64,000 bases of DNA from Camelus dromedarius (Eukaryota): NCBI RefSeq assembly GCF_036321535.1, contig NC_087447.1:41046001-41110000 (forward strand). The letters are read 5' to 3'. Position 1 is the stretch's first letter. Each line of letters opens with the position of its first letter. The position numbers were made by a program, and so were the translations under genes. Of the stretch, positions 1-13,438 are shown in pieces. A model generated the notes under the pieces. It saw only the letters and a program-made list of their open reading frames with translations, searched no databases and was not told where the DNA came from.

Positions 1-1428
1 AGGGAAATTAAATCACCAGCCAGCTCCTCAGCGGTCTCAGGTCTCCAATTTTCCCCTGACAGAGAAGGCACCGGAGGCATCAGAGACCCCATTCATACTT
101 TGATGCATAAAATGCATGCTGATGAACAAATCAACTTATTAGTCCATAGCTCTGGGATTCCCAGGTGCTTTCTGAAATGTCCTACCTTGAGCAGGTAGGG
201 AGTGGCGAGGAGGGTGAGGCAGCAGGGTTCTCACACATACTTTCTGGTGGGGATCAAGGAGAAACCCTGATCTGGCAGAACAGGGACACATCGGGAGGCT
301 GGAAGGTGCAGGCTCCAATGCCCAGAAGACGTGTAAGCTCAGGTGTGGCAGAAGCAGGTGTTGGTACACAGTGGGTAGGTGCCCAGGAGCCCGGGCAGCA
401 GAAGGCACTTCAGGACTATGGTTCTGAGTGATGGCTCAGCCACAGCACAGCCCCAACCTATGTCTAAGACTAAAGCAAGTAGCAGCCAACCCTGGGGGAG
501 GGATGGGCAGGGAGAGTTGAGGATGAGGAACCGGAGTAGTTTTTTTTCTCAGCAACTCAGTCCTGAGAAAATCATCATGTCCACTTCATCCTGATAGATC
601 GGAGTTGGAGAATCCAGGTCTGCCCTTCGATAGTTCTAGCTGTGGAATGGGAGGACCCCCCCCCCCCACACCAGGTTCTGGGAGCTCATGCACCTCAGAC
701 AGAAGGAGGCCACAGAGCCAATACCCTTACCTCTTCCCTGTTTTTCTTGAATTTTCGAAAACCCCTCCTGAACACAGGATCTTTGGTTTAAAGGGTTCTG
801 TGAGTCATCTTTTTAAGGAGTCAAGCAAAAAAGACTCATATTTGGAGCTGTTTTTTGCTGCAAAGAATCAAATGGTACTCTCACTGGCTCCAAAACAGAG
901 ATGTGGCTCATTACAGTGACACAGAGAGAATTTACACTAAAGTTCAGGACAGGAAGCACCACCAGGAACAACTCGTCTCTCTAAGAACACATGGTCTTTC
1001 TAATTCTGCTTCCATTTGATTCTTCTCTTGACCAGCTGGCTTCCTCTGCTCACACATACTCTCCATGGTCCCCCACAGCAGCCGTCAACCCTGACTTTAG
1101 ATCACTTTTAGTCTAAAGAGCCCACCATCAGCTGGTCACAGTCCCTGGGCCAATTCACCCAAACTCTTTGAAGTTGATTGACCACTGGCAATTCAATGAG
1201 TCATTGGCTGGAAATGGCAAGTCAACGGGTAATTACTCAGTAGGTCATCAACCAGAAAATAGGTCAGCTATTCACCAACTACTGCCATGGAAGACAGAGT
1301 CAAACAACCCTTGTCCTCTTCCTTCCAGGAGACATGGGCAGGCCAGATACTGAAGCCTAAATAGTACAGAATTGTGTAGCTAATTCCCAGAAATGCAGAT
1401 TTATTGAAAAAATATATAGCAAAGCAAG

Positions 1429-1910
1429 TCTGGTAGCCTGAATAATGCCCTCCCCACCCCCACCCCTCGCCACAGAGACGTCTACATTCTAATCCCTGGA
1501 ACCCACAAATATGTTGCCTTATAAGGCAAAAAGGACTTCGCAGGCATGATTAAGTTAAGGATCTTGAGATAGGAAGACTGTGCTGGATTATCCGGGTGGG
1601 CCCAATGTAATCACAAGGGTCCTTTAAGAGGGAAGCAGGATGGTCCAAGACACCGTAGTAGATGTGACAACAGAAACCGGAAACTGGAGTGATTCAGGAA
1701 GAAGCCACAAGAGAAAAAATGCAGACTGCCTCTAGAAGCTAGAAGAGGCAGGGAAATGGATTCTCTATGAAGCCCCCAGAAGGAACATGGCCCCACCGAC
1801 ATTTTGATTTTAGACTTCTGACCTCCAGAACTGCAAGAGAACAAATCTGGGTTCTTTCAAGCAACTAAGTTTGTGATAATTTGTTACAGCAGCAGTAAGA
1901 AACCAATACA
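1429..1910 (+). mobile_element. ERVL-MaLR solo LTR (MLT1D/C-like)
   Basis: Starts tctggtagcctgaataatg, contains gattaagttaaggatcttgagat and ggattatccgggtgggcccaatgtaatcacaagggtcc, and ends ttgttacagcagcagtaagaaaccaataca; typical MLT1 body and terminus. Confidence 0.9.
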
Positions 1911-3510
1911 GCTGGAAACCATGGGGAGTCATCATCTTAACTCGATATGCACTGTGGGGTCCAGGGCGTCTCATAAAGAACAAGAAATGCAGCTCAAGCC
2001 CATTCAGGATGCAACTTGAGTTCCAGCAACTACTGTGTGCCTTCACTCTTCCCAGAACTGAAGTTTGAGTGAGTTGGTTCATCACCACTACGCAGCATTC
2101 CTTTTGAACAGAGAGGGTCAGGCTAATGGAACCCCCTGGGGAGTTTCCTGCCAATACCCCTCAGTGGAGGGCGGCTTTGTCCTGTGCAGTCAGCCATAGC
2201 CAGGGCAGCAGGGTCCCTGTGAGACAGCACACATTCACAACAACAGCTATCGAGGAAAGAATGGGTTTGGGCTATTTGTGTCATCTCGGCATCTCCTGCA
2301 GCCAGTAGGTTTCAACCCAGGGAAGTTTTAGAAACAATCTTGAGGTTTTTAAGAGAAGAAAGACCCTTCCTGACCTCTTTATACCAACTTTAATGCTGCA
2401 GTTTGAATTTTCAGAAGCTTTAGAGCTAAAGGTTTGAGGTTCCTTTCCTTTGGGTCTTTTGATTGCGGCCCCGCTGTCTCCTAACACCAGTGCTGCAGGC
2501 AGTCCCCCTTCACAGGTCAAAGGCAACCATTCCTCCTGCACCTCCCATCCTGCCCTTGGCCCTGCAGATTGGTTTGAAGGAGGGCACAGGCTCCCTGCCT
2601 GCCCAGGAGCGGTATTTTTACGAGTTTAAAGTAAAGAAAAAGAATCTGTTGAAGCCAATTTCAAGTTCTAGGCATGAAAAGAGATGCGGTGCTTGAGCTT
2701 CGGAAATCAGGATGGCTTAAGAAGTCAAAGAGTTTGAATTACTGCCTTTGGGAGTGGAAGAAACCCAGACAATTAGAGGTGTAAAGGCACAGGATTCACG
2801 GCTTGATAGGTGTTGATATATCCCTAAAACCAGGTCTCCAGGCCCACTGGAGCCTGACCTCATTTAAAATTGCTGGAAAAAAATGCATTTAATAAGCTCA
2901 GTCTGAAGGCTCCTTGATGATTCAGTTCGGATCAGCCTTTTTCCTGTAAGGTCTGTTTAATTTATTACTACTATTATTTTTTAGGTATTTACGTTTTCCT
3001 CTTGTAATATGCCACCTTTTTTTTTAAACAGTTGGGCATCCCAGACCAGATTACCAGCTATATAAACTGTGCCTTTCTATGGTATTTGTTAAAAGGCGAG
3101 GATTTTTTTTAAACTCATTATTTATCTTTTTAAGTACTTTCAATGGCTTGTCTCAAAACTGTTCACTCAGTTTTCTTAATTTGAATCATCATTTGGGCTT
3201 CCCAATCCCTATTACTAAATTTAAAACTTTAACGTGTTTTAATTTAAATTTTACTGAAAGGATCATATATATCTCTTATGATTCCTTTAATAAAGATTAC
3301 ATAATTAAAATGCATATGTATTTTTAATTTATACATTTATATAGTAGATATATCTATTCAAGAAGGCAAAGTTTATCTGCCATATCCTAATATTTTGTCA
3401 GAAAAAAAAATTGATAATCTGGTTTCTAGCATAGGCATGGGCAGCCCCCACTGAAGGTCCCTTGGGGAAGTATCATGATGACAGTTCATCTCTTCCCCCT
3501 TAGAAATTGC

Positions 3511-4295
3511 AGGAAATGCAGATGGCCAACAGGCACATGAAAAGATGCTCAACATAGCTAATTATCAGGGAAATGCAAATCAAAACCACAATTAGATATT
3601 ACTTCACACCAGTCAGAATGGCTATCATCAAAAAGAACTCAAATAACAAAGCTGGGGAGGATGTGGAGAAAAAGAAACCCTCATACACTGTTGGTGGGAA
3701 TATAAACTGGTGCAGCCACTGTGGCAAACAGTATGGAGGTTTCTCAAAAAACTAAAAATAGAACTACCGTATGATCCAGTAGTCCTGGGTATATACTCAA
3801 AAAAACCAAAAACAGTAATTTGAAAAAATACATGAACTCTAATGTTCACAGCAGCATTATTTACAATGGAAAAGTTATGGTAGCAACCTAAAAGTCCATC
3901 TACAGATGAATGGATAAAGAAGATATATATATGCAATGGAATACTACTCAGCCATAAAAAAGAATGAAATTTTGCTATTTGCAGGAATATAGACGGACTT
4001 GGAGGGAATTATTCTAAGTGAAATAAGGCAGACAGAAAAAGACAAATACTGTATGATGTCACTTATATGTGGAATCTAAAAAATACAACCAACTAGTGAA
4101 TATAACATAAAAGCAGCAGACTCCCAGATGTAGAGAACAAACTAGTGGTTACCAGACAGGGGAGGGGCAATATTGGGGTGGGGGAGTGGAAAGTACAAAC
4201 TATTGGGTATAGGATAGGCTCAAGGATGTATTACACAACATGGGGAGTATTTTGTAATAAATGTAAATAGAGTATAACCTTTAAAACTGTATAAA
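3511..4295 (+). mobile_element. LINE-1 3' fragment (ORF2 C-terminus + 3'UTR)
   Basis: ORF 3573-3755 [21 protein letters not shown]...[11 protein letters not shown] matches the L1 ORF2 C-terminal region; followed by the L1 3'UTR motif gcaatggaatactactcagccataaaaaagaatgaa. Confidence 0.95.
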
Positions 4296-4309
4296 ATTTT
4301 TTTTAATTT

Positions 4310-4736
4310 TTAAATTTTTTATTGAAGTGTAGTTGATTTACAGTGTTAGTTTCAGGTGTACAGCAAAGTGATTCAGTTATACATATATATACATAATATT
4401 TTCTTTTCAGATTCTTTTCCATTATATGTTATTACAAGAAATTGAATATAGCTCCCTGTGTTATACAGTAGATCCTTGTTTTATCTATTTTATATATAGT
4501 CATGTGTGTCTGTTAATCCCTAATCTCTAATTTATCCCTCCCCACCCTTTTCCCGTTGGTAACCATAGTTTCTTTTCTATGTTCTTGAGTCTGTTTTTGG
4601 TTTGTAAATTGAATTTGTGTCACTTTTTTTAGAGTCCACATAAAAGTGATATCATACAATATTTGTCTTTCTCTGTCTGACTTCACACAATATGACTTCC
4701 ATCCATGTTGCTGCAAATGGCATTATTTCATTCTTT
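4310..4736 (-). mobile_element. LINE-1 3'UTR fragment, inserted in the A-tail of the preceding L1
   Basis: ttttttattgaagtgtagttgatttac ... ccatgttgctgcaaatggcattatttcattc is a reverse L1 3' end; A-rich tail of the + L1 resumes at about 4737-4780. Confidence 0.9.
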
Positions 4737-7246
4737 AAAAAAATAAAAAACTTTTTAAATAAAATAAATAAATAAAAAGGCAAACAAACAAACTGAGAGA
4801 TCAGCTCCAGGCCATGGCCTCCCTCCTGCAAAGTCTGACCTCCTCAGGATGCCTGAGGTCCACTGTGAAGATCCCAGGTGTGTGTGGGTGCCTCTGGGGA
4901 GGGCAGTGGGAAGCCTACAGACAGCTGGGCCGGAGGAGGGCCTCGGCACCCTGCCTCTGGTGGGGACAGAGCAGGGCTCCCTGGGCACCTCGTTCTTCCC
5001 CACCTTTATGGAGATCACTTTTCTGCCTCTTACTGGGGTGCAGTCCCAGGACTACACTCCTGCCCACAGCATCTCCGTGGCAAGCTGGATGAACCCTCAG
5101 GTTGTCATGGACCTGGAAGCTGTGTGCCCAGTGGCCAGCACACGAAGAAGCAGGTGTGGTGTGGAAAGCCCAGTGCCTCCACGTCACACCCTGGCCTGAC
5201 CCTCCAGCTGAGGCAGCTCTGTGATATCTACACACCTAGGCTGGGGATGGGGTGCTAAGCAGAGATGCCAGCAGCTTCTTTGAGCCTGGACATGTCATAT
5301 ACTCAGACACATCCTGGAGAACGGGGACCCACTCCCAGGCTACCTTAGGCTCTTAGCACCTCCCAGGGGATTTGCAGGAACCCCAAATCATCTGGTTTCA
5401 GGAGCTATCAGGAACCCTCTAAAAAGGGCTTGGCTGATAACAGAGTAACTTACTAATCGCAGTTTAAATCATGCCCACTTGCCTGCCTCCCCAAGTGTAT
5501 CTGATTCAAGAATCAAGAGAATGGAATGCTAACGGCAGAACACAGAGCAGAGGAAGTGGGGCCATGGGGCAGAGAGCCCTGCCCAATTTCCCCTTAAACA
5601 AGAAGGCGTCTGGAGCTGCCCCAAGGCTCCCCTGGGTACCTGGAGCCCAGGGATGGGGGGTTCAGTGCTTGACCAGAGGAACTGTTGCTTACACATGTTC
5701 TAGCAGGGGGCTCGGGGAGCTCTGTGCTGGGGGTGGGGCTTTCAGGGCCCTGTTTTACCTCCACAGTTGGAGCAGTCATAAGTGTCCATGTGCTATTTTC
5801 AACATTTTAAAGCTCTTAGTGGAAGCTGCATGTGTTTTCCTCAGTCAAGACTCCCTCCTCCCCAAAAAACTAAATGAAGCTATAAGCTTCAATTTATACA
5901 ACTCAGCATTTATACTGTGATGATCTCTTATGGATCAGAAGCTCTGACTGGCAGTTACATACAGTTTTGATGAATAAAACCATGAAAACAAATTTATTAT
6001 TATCTGCAAGGGAAGAGTATATGGTAGATAGGATTTTCCAAAGCATGGAGTCTGAGGGGGAAAACAACACAAAAGGTATCCATGATAATGGTAAGGCTGG
6101 GAGCACTGAAATAAGAATTCCAGGGGCAGGGGCAGAGGCAGGAGTTAAGAAAGGCTGTCGGATTGGCTTCAGTCTGTTACAGTGCAACGCCAGGCATCAT
6201 AGTAGGAATAGTGTAGGATACAAAGGGGAGAACTTCGGGCCATGGCCGTTTTGGCTCTGTTTTCACACTTGTGCAAGGAAGGGGTTGGACTTGCCTGATT
6301 CCTCCTCCTAGGGCCAGGGCTCCAGACCCAACCCAGGAGAAAGGGTTTAGAAATATAGTGCTACTTCAAGGCTGTGTGACCTTGAGGAAACTGCTATGCC
6401 TCTCTGAGCCTCAAGTTCCCATTAATCCTAGTGCCTACCTCTCATAGCTTTATTAAGTCTCCAGGATTATTCTAGCTGCCGATTTTACTGCTACTTCTTA
6501 CCTCTTTTGAACTCTGACCCCTGGCTTGGATTTAAGGTTATAGCACACATAGTTAGCTCTGGGATTCCTTGCTGAGCCCCAAGATTAGCTGTTTATAGGC
6601 CCCTATGTCTGCTTCCATCCCATATTCCTCTGCCTCAGGGCTAGTTCCACTTTGCCATCAGCTTTCCCATCTCAGCATCTCTTCCCGCTTTCCTTCTCAG
6701 CCTGACTGTTACTGACACCAGTGTGAGCCCCTAGTGGAAGAAATCAGCAAACCCAGGCAGATGTGTCTCAGCTTTGGTGTACTGGGCTAATCCAACCCCA
6801 CGGAAGCAAACATGCCCTACCATCTGAGCCATGCCAAGGGCAGTTATTAAACAGTATAGAGTTAGAGGTTTTCTAAATGCAAGATAAAGGAAGAGTTCAA
6901 ATATCCTATAGTAAAACACATGCTCAAGACAGAATGTGGCTACTATAATTCTTTGGGGATAAGTGGAGAGAAAAGTCCCTTCTCTGTTTAAAGAAGTGGA
7001 AACCCTAGAGGGCTACAGGGGGAAAAAAGAGACATCTTCAAGTGAAAAATAGAAATTACAATATTAAGAGCCTCTATTAAGGTAAATCTCTTGTTCAAAG
7101 ATTGAAAGCCAGGGTGCATGTGAAGTTTGGCTCTGGTTGAGGGTGGGGAGGGAATAAAGTGAAAAATGACTCAGAAGTTGTGGCCAGTGATGCCTTTTGC
7201 AAAGGGGGATTTAGAGGGACGTGGGTGGGGAGAGGCCGTTTCCAAG

Positions 7247-7820
7247 TGTGGTAGGCAGCCTTCAAGATGACCCCAGTGATCCCCACCTCCGGGTATTCAT
7301 GCCCTTGTGTAATCGCCTCCCCTTTAAAAAAAAAAAAAAAAAAAAAAAAACAGGGCGAGGGTGGGGTGGATTAGGTTTATTTATTTATTTTTAATTAATT
7401 TTTTTTAAACAGAGGTACTGGGGATTGAACCCAGGACCTCATGCATGCTAAGAATGCTTTCTACCACTGAGCTATACCCTCCCCGCAATCGCCTCCTCTT
7501 AAGTGTGGGCTGCTAATGGAGAGTGTGGGGTATCACTTCCAATAGTAGAAGACAAGAGACCCTGGCTTCCATCTTGCTCCCCTTCTCATTTGCTTGCTCT
7601 GAGGGAAGCCAGCTGCCATGTTGTGAGCTGCCCGATGGAGAGGCCCACGTGGTCAGGCACTGAGGTGGCCTCCAGCCAACAGGCTGCTGAGAGCCCTCAG
7701 TCCACCAGCCCTGGAGGAACTGAATCCTTTCAGCAGCCGCGGGAGTGGGCTTGGAAGTAAGTCCCCCTCCAGTAGAGCCGTCAGATGAGACCGTAGCCCC
7801 AGCCGACACAGGGGCTCCTT
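7247..7820 (+). mobile_element. ERVL-MaLR LTR (MLT1E/F-like), interrupted by a SINE
   Basis: tgtggtaggcagccttcaagatgaccccagtgatccccacctcc start; gggaagccagctgccatgttgtgagctgccc and cagatgagaccgtagccccagccgacac motifs after the SINE. Confidence 0.85.
7326..7484 (-). mobile_element. tRNA-derived SINE (camelid Vic-1-like)
   Basis: Reverse complement begins ggggagggtatagctcagtggtagaaag (A box) ... gggttcaatcccc (B box). Degenerate TSD aatcgcctcccctt (7311) / aatcgcctcctctt (7487). Confidence 0.9.
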
Positions 7821-7849
7821 GGGGGGCAAAAAGTGTTGAGTCATGTGCT

Positions 7850-8020
7850 CTACACACTTAACCTTGAGTTCATTCTGTGAGGTCGATGTTGGTACCTCCA
7901 TAGCGTAGATGAGGAGACCAAGACTCAAAAAAGTTGAAACTTGCAAAATGTCATGGGACAAGTGGATAGAAGAATGGGGATTTGAACCCAGGACTGATTA
8001 ATGCCAAAGCCTATACTCTG
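7850..8020 (-). mobile_element. MIR SINE fragment
   Basis: gatgaggagaccaagactcaaaaaagttgaaacttg ... ggatttgaacccagg MIR core. Confidence 0.7.
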
Positions 8021-8309
8021 GTTGTTGTGGAAATATACTGCATTTATTCTCCACGTTCTCAGTGGAATTTAGTAATAAAAATGGATAGTTGTTCAATTAT
8101 CCCACCACTAAACACAGGGAGGCAGTAAGAACTGGGCCTGGAACACTGCTCCCCGGGGCCACACCTTCTCTGGATGGGAGTTATACCCACACAGCAGCAG
8201 CAGAAGCTGCTCAGAGCCTGTAACAAACCCGGGGGCAGACTTCTCCATGTGTAAAGGGATTTAGTTTATTTAACTTTTTTTTAAATGTAAAGGTAATGGC
8301 TGAATTCAA

Positions 8310-8520
8310 TGCCACTATGACCAAGTACCATTTCCAAGATCTTTGCATGTTTTAGCTCAGTTAAACAACCCTATGAGGAAGGTAGGATTACAGGTATCCA
8401 GTTTACAAATGGGAAAACTGAGGCACAAACAAGTTAAATAAGTTGCTCCAAGTCACCCAGCCTTAAGGGGAGAGCCAGAATTTAAACGCAGGCAGCCTGG
8501 CTCCAGAGTTTCATGCTGGG
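8310..8520 (-). mobile_element. MIR SINE
   Basis: aacaaccctatgagg ... tttacaaatgggaaaactgaggcaca ... aggcagcctggctccagag. Confidence 0.8.
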
Positions 8521-10569
8521 TTCCACCAGTCTCTCCATGTCCTGGGCTGTCACATTGCCTGGGCTCCCAATGTCATTTGGGGCTTAGCTGGCCTGAGTTC
8601 CAGGCCCCCAGCTTCTGGAGTCAACCCAGTTACTAAGACAGTGACCTCCAACTTTTCTCCACTCAGTTCCTGGCTCCTACTTCTCAGCAAGCCCTTCCTG
8701 CTTTGACTTCATTTGCCTTGGCTTCTGAGCTGCCCTTGCCTGCACCCTGGTCCACACCTGCACCCCGACCTGTGCCTGCTTCCTGGCCTGGCTCCCAACT
8801 CTCCATCCTGTCCTGAGGACAAGTGCAGCCCCTGGGACAAGCCCCATGCCCAGAAGGCATGTCACTCAACAAGTGAGGGGCAAGCCTGTTAGGGTTGAAA
8901 CTGATTCCAATTCTGAGGATATTATCCGAAGACAGATTTGTTTCCAGGAAAGGAAAATAGCAATATGGAGGCAGGAAGAGCATTACTGTGTGGATAAAAA
9001 GATGACATATGCAAATGAGCCCACAGAGCCAGGGACTTAGATTCAGGTTACAGACAGACACAGCAGGGAAGATTAACAGAAGCTGTTACAGACCTCTAGG
9101 TCACGATGAAAAAGCCAATCTGCCCCTGTTTACGCAGATTAACAGAGGCTGTTAAAGAGGCCCTAACATTGATCATGTGGGATTGCAACAGCCCTGCAAT
9201 GGACTAGAAAGGGGATTGTGGGGTGGCAGGGAGGAGGGGCCATGGAGCAGCAGTGATCCAAGACTCTTCTCCAGGAGACTTTGTCAAGCCATCAGCAAGA
9301 TCATGGGCTATTTGGGGCGGCCATCCAAAAAGCTGAATGCAACGAGGGATGAAGAGATGGGGCTAAAATGCTAAAAGCAGCATTTTCAAACAAGTCTCAT
9401 TTTAGTTTAGTCTTCCCATCTGTGGTGATTTTAAAAATATAGTTCCCAAATTGCCTGTAGCATCTGGGGAGCGGGGTCTGTGGGCAGACACCTGCTCCCC
9501 AGTGAGAATCTGAAATGGCATTTCTGAATGGGGTCCGTGTGGTTTAGAGATTGATCAGTAAAGGACACTGATTTACAGAATCTCAGAATACCAGAGCCGG
9601 GAGGGCCTTAAAAATGACTTAATCTGCCCACAGAGGGTAAGTGACGTACTCAAGGTCACACAACTGGTAAGTGATAGGGAGGGGCTGGAACGCCACCGTC
9701 CTGAGTCCCAGTTCAGGGCTGCAGCATCCCCCCGGGGTGAGTGAAAGGAAGGTCCTTGAAAATGTCTCTGTGAAGGAAGTATAGAGAAAGAGGCACGTGG
9801 TTGCCACAGAGAAAAGCAAGGGGGAAATGAACCCAGGTGGATAAATAAATTCAGATCTGACTTCTCTTCAGAAAAAAAAAAATTCTAATTTTTATCTTTC
9901 ATTCGCTTCAAGAAAGCAAGAAGAAAAATGTTACCCTGGCATGAGCATGTAAAGGCAAAAGCAGGAAAGAAGCAGCAGCTGATTCCCAGAGAAGCCAACA
10001 CTCCCGTCTGTGCCACCCCTCGGTCACACTTAGAAAGCCAGCAGCCAGATCTGTCCCTGAGCCAGGGGACTGTCCTAGAGCCCCTCCACATCCTCTGTGT
10101 CCACTGTGCCTGCTCCTGTGTCTCTGGTTCCCAGATTTCTGCGTCTACTCCTCAGTCCTGACATTTCTTCTGGCCTTTTTGGCTATGCTTGCACACTGGC
10201 CAATCCCGTGCACCCCTGGTGGCCTTCTCCATCCTCAGTGTCCTATCAGGTCTCACAGGCTCTGGACCACCTGTCCCTTCGCTGCAGAGCGACCCCACTG
10301 AGGCGCTGGAGCTCACTGCGTGCCAGAGCCCTGTGGGGCCCGAGGCAGAAGACCCCACTCCCTGACACCGCCCCACACACTCATCTGGAGATCTAGATGT
10401 GTGACCTCCATGTCCTCTGTGAGAAAAACTGCTTCAGCATCTGCCTGCAGCATGTCCCTCCAAGGGACTGGGACACCCATCCAGGGGTTGGGGGGAGCCA
10501 GACAGCAAATCACCTCCCACAAACAGAGCTTCACCGTTAATGCTCATTTCCTACTATAAACACATATCT

Positions 10570-11400
10570 GGATGTTCCTACTGCCTGTCAGGCACTGTTT
10601 AGGTTCCAGGGCCATAGCAGTAAAAACGACAGAGAGACATCCTTGCCCTTATACAGCTTACAATTTAGTTTGAAACACAGATAATAAATAAACAGAAGCA
10701 TTGTATAATAGCGTGTAGTATTAAGGAAGAAAAAATTAAGAAGACTGAGGAGATGAAGAGGGGCTCTTTTAAACCCCGTGGTCAGGGAAGGACTCTTGGG
10801 ACAGATGACATTTGAGCAGAGACCTGTGAAGAGTGAGCAGGTGAGGCTTGCAGGTTGGTGGGAAGGCATTCTAAGCAGGGGGAACTTCAAGTCAAGGACC
10901 TGGAGGGGAGGCCATGCTCGGGGTTTGGAAGAACAGTAAGGTGGCCAGTGTGACTGAAGCCCAGGGAGTCAGGGAGGTTGTAGGAGATGAGCTAAGAGCC
11001 CATGGAAGGCAGATGACTTAGGGCCTTGAAGGTCACTGTGAGAGCTTCATTCTAAGGTGACGGGAAGCCAGACCCCCACAGACATGTCTGAAAAGACCTT
11101 TGAGGCTCACCTGTATCCCTAGTTACAGAGGAAAACACAGGGCGGGGTGGGACACAGAGATTCCTGTAAGAGTTCACATAGGAACTGGGCTTTGAAGGAT
11201 GATGAGGAGTTTATTGGGTGGAAGAAAGAGGAGGAAAGCATCCCAGATAGAGAGAAGCATACATTCACAGGTGAAGAATGGCAGAAGAGCAACACGTGTT
11301 CCCGGGATGGCTGCCCATGCATCTAGCTGAAGCTTAGCACAGGAGGATGTGGGAGCAGAAGCCAAGGCTTAAAAGTAGCCGGGGCCAGATGGAAGAAACT
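10570..11400 (-). mobile_element. LINE-2 3' fragments
   Basis: cctactgcctgtcaggcactgtttagg, ggtcagggaaggactcttgg, gacatttgagcagagacctg; typical reverse L2 3' region. Confidence 0.75.
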
Positions 11401-13215
11401 GGCATAAGGCAGCATCCGCAGCTTCGTTGGAAGCACACCACCTTCCTGGAGAACCACGTCAGTCCCTAATGAGCTGGAGTCACTTTGTTACTTGCAGCAG
11501 AATAAACAAGCACATTCTGAGAGGCACGTGGCTCACCTCCCAAACCCTCCTCCGCTCCCGAAATCCAGGCTGCTGCCTTGGGCATCATTAGAGGTGCTTG
11601 AGGCTTTCAGACAGCGTTACCCTCATCCAACAAGCTCTTTATTTAATCTGGGGAAATGAGGTGCTATTAAATTAATTTCTGGGCTGTCACTGGCAGAAAG
11701 CTAAGGACACTGGGGCAAGGGGCAGAGGATGGAGCCAGGGAGACAGATGAGGCAGCAGAGGCGGCAGATTGTTTTTAGTTCCTGACCCAGGTCTGCCCAA
11801 CAGACTCATTCCAACATGTGGGCTTCTTTCTGCTGAACAGGCACCGTGTTGAAGAGACTCAGTAATTAAATTAAGAAAAGAGAGTCCCCTGATGGGTTAT
11901 TATACCCAGGGCCTTAAAAATGATGGAGAGGTGGCTGGCCCCTGCTGTGGAGTGAACCCAAAAGTAATTATTAGGATACTTTGCAGGTTATTGAATGAGT
12001 CCCTGTAACTGGCACATTGATTTATATAAGACCCAGAGATTTTGAGAGATTTGAGAGAATATTAAGAATCAATCAATATTTTAATCTATTTCAGGGTCCA
12101 GGAGACTTCAGCTCTGCAGAAAACCGCTGGGAGAAAACTGTGACCTTTGAAATACAGCTGGCTGGCAGTGAGGAGGCGCCTTGGACAGGAGCCTGCTTGG
12201 CGGCAGCTGGAAAGAGGGACTTCTCTGCTCTGGAAGGTTCATCAGTCTGGGATGTGAGGCAGCCAAGGGGTGGAGGGTCTCATGGTGAGTGTGCTCTGAG
12301 GCCCTGGGGAGGAGGTTCTCGGCTGGGAGATGCAGCGCTCTCTCCTCCCAGGACAGAGTCCCCAGCGCCTGGAGGGACTGGCCTGCAGACTCTGACTCTT
12401 CCAAGGACACACTGCCATGATGTGGGGACATCTTTGTGGAGCAGAGCCACCTGATAATACAACATCTTCAGGGGAAAACCAGCGTCTTCTCCCCTGGGCC
12501 ACACTCTCCCCGTGCCCCACCACGGGAAGGGTGAGGCTTTGTCTCACCTCAGAGCACCTGAGCACCTGTCTCCTACCACAAGTATCCATGCATCTGATTC
12601 CCTGTAAGGCATGATCTCCGTTTGGGCAGGGACCACAACTGATCCATGTCAGTGCCCCCAGATCTGGCACCATGCCTGGCCCAGAACAGCTGGATGTAAA
12701 AGAACAATGCATTGAATCAATGAATGGCCAAATGAACCAACACAAGAAAAAAATATGCATTCATGAAAATGTTTTGTAAAGGTCACACACTGTATTTAAA
12801 ATGGATTCATCAAGTTTCAGCAGCAAACAGAGGACATATTCAAATGGGATCATGAGTTTAGAAGGTGAAGACAGAACGTGGGGAACTGGCTGAGGCAGGA
12901 AGCACCTTGGGGTAGTCACAGTGAGGAGAGGGCCTTCTGATGGGAGCTGTGGCCTTTAGCAAGGAAGGCAGCCAGCCCCTCACTACCTACAGAGAGAGCC
13001 TGCAGGGATAGAAGCCCTGACCTCATGTTCCTCCCTTCCTCCTACCTCCTCCCTCGTTCCCCACAGGCCACAGCCAAGTGGAAGCCAGCGGAGAAGGGCA
13101 GAGAGAGGAGTAAAGGCATCTCACACAGGACTGCGGGGTAACCCTACCTACAAGGCGCTGACTTGCCTACCCAAGAGGAGGGCAAATCCAGGCAGCACAA
13201 CTGGCGGGCCCCACT

Positions 13216-13438
13216 CGGTGGGTCTCAGCAGGAGGCACTTTTGCCCCCAGGGGACATTTGGTTCTGTTTGCAGACAGTTTGGATTTTTACAGTTTGGAGG
13301 GGTAGGGAGAGCGCTACGGGCATCCAGTGGGTTGAGGCCTGAGTTTCTGCGAAACATACAATAGTGTGCAAGATAGCCCCCCATAATGAAGAATTCTCCA
13401 GCCCAGGGTGCCGATAGCGCTGAGACTGAGAACCCCTG
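13216..13438. mobile_element. MER20 (hAT-Charlie non-autonomous DNA transposon)
   Basis: ttttgcccccagggacatttgg ... ggcatccagtgggttgaggcc ... tgagaacccctg; about 220 bp, matches recalled MER20 consensus. Confidence 0.85.
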
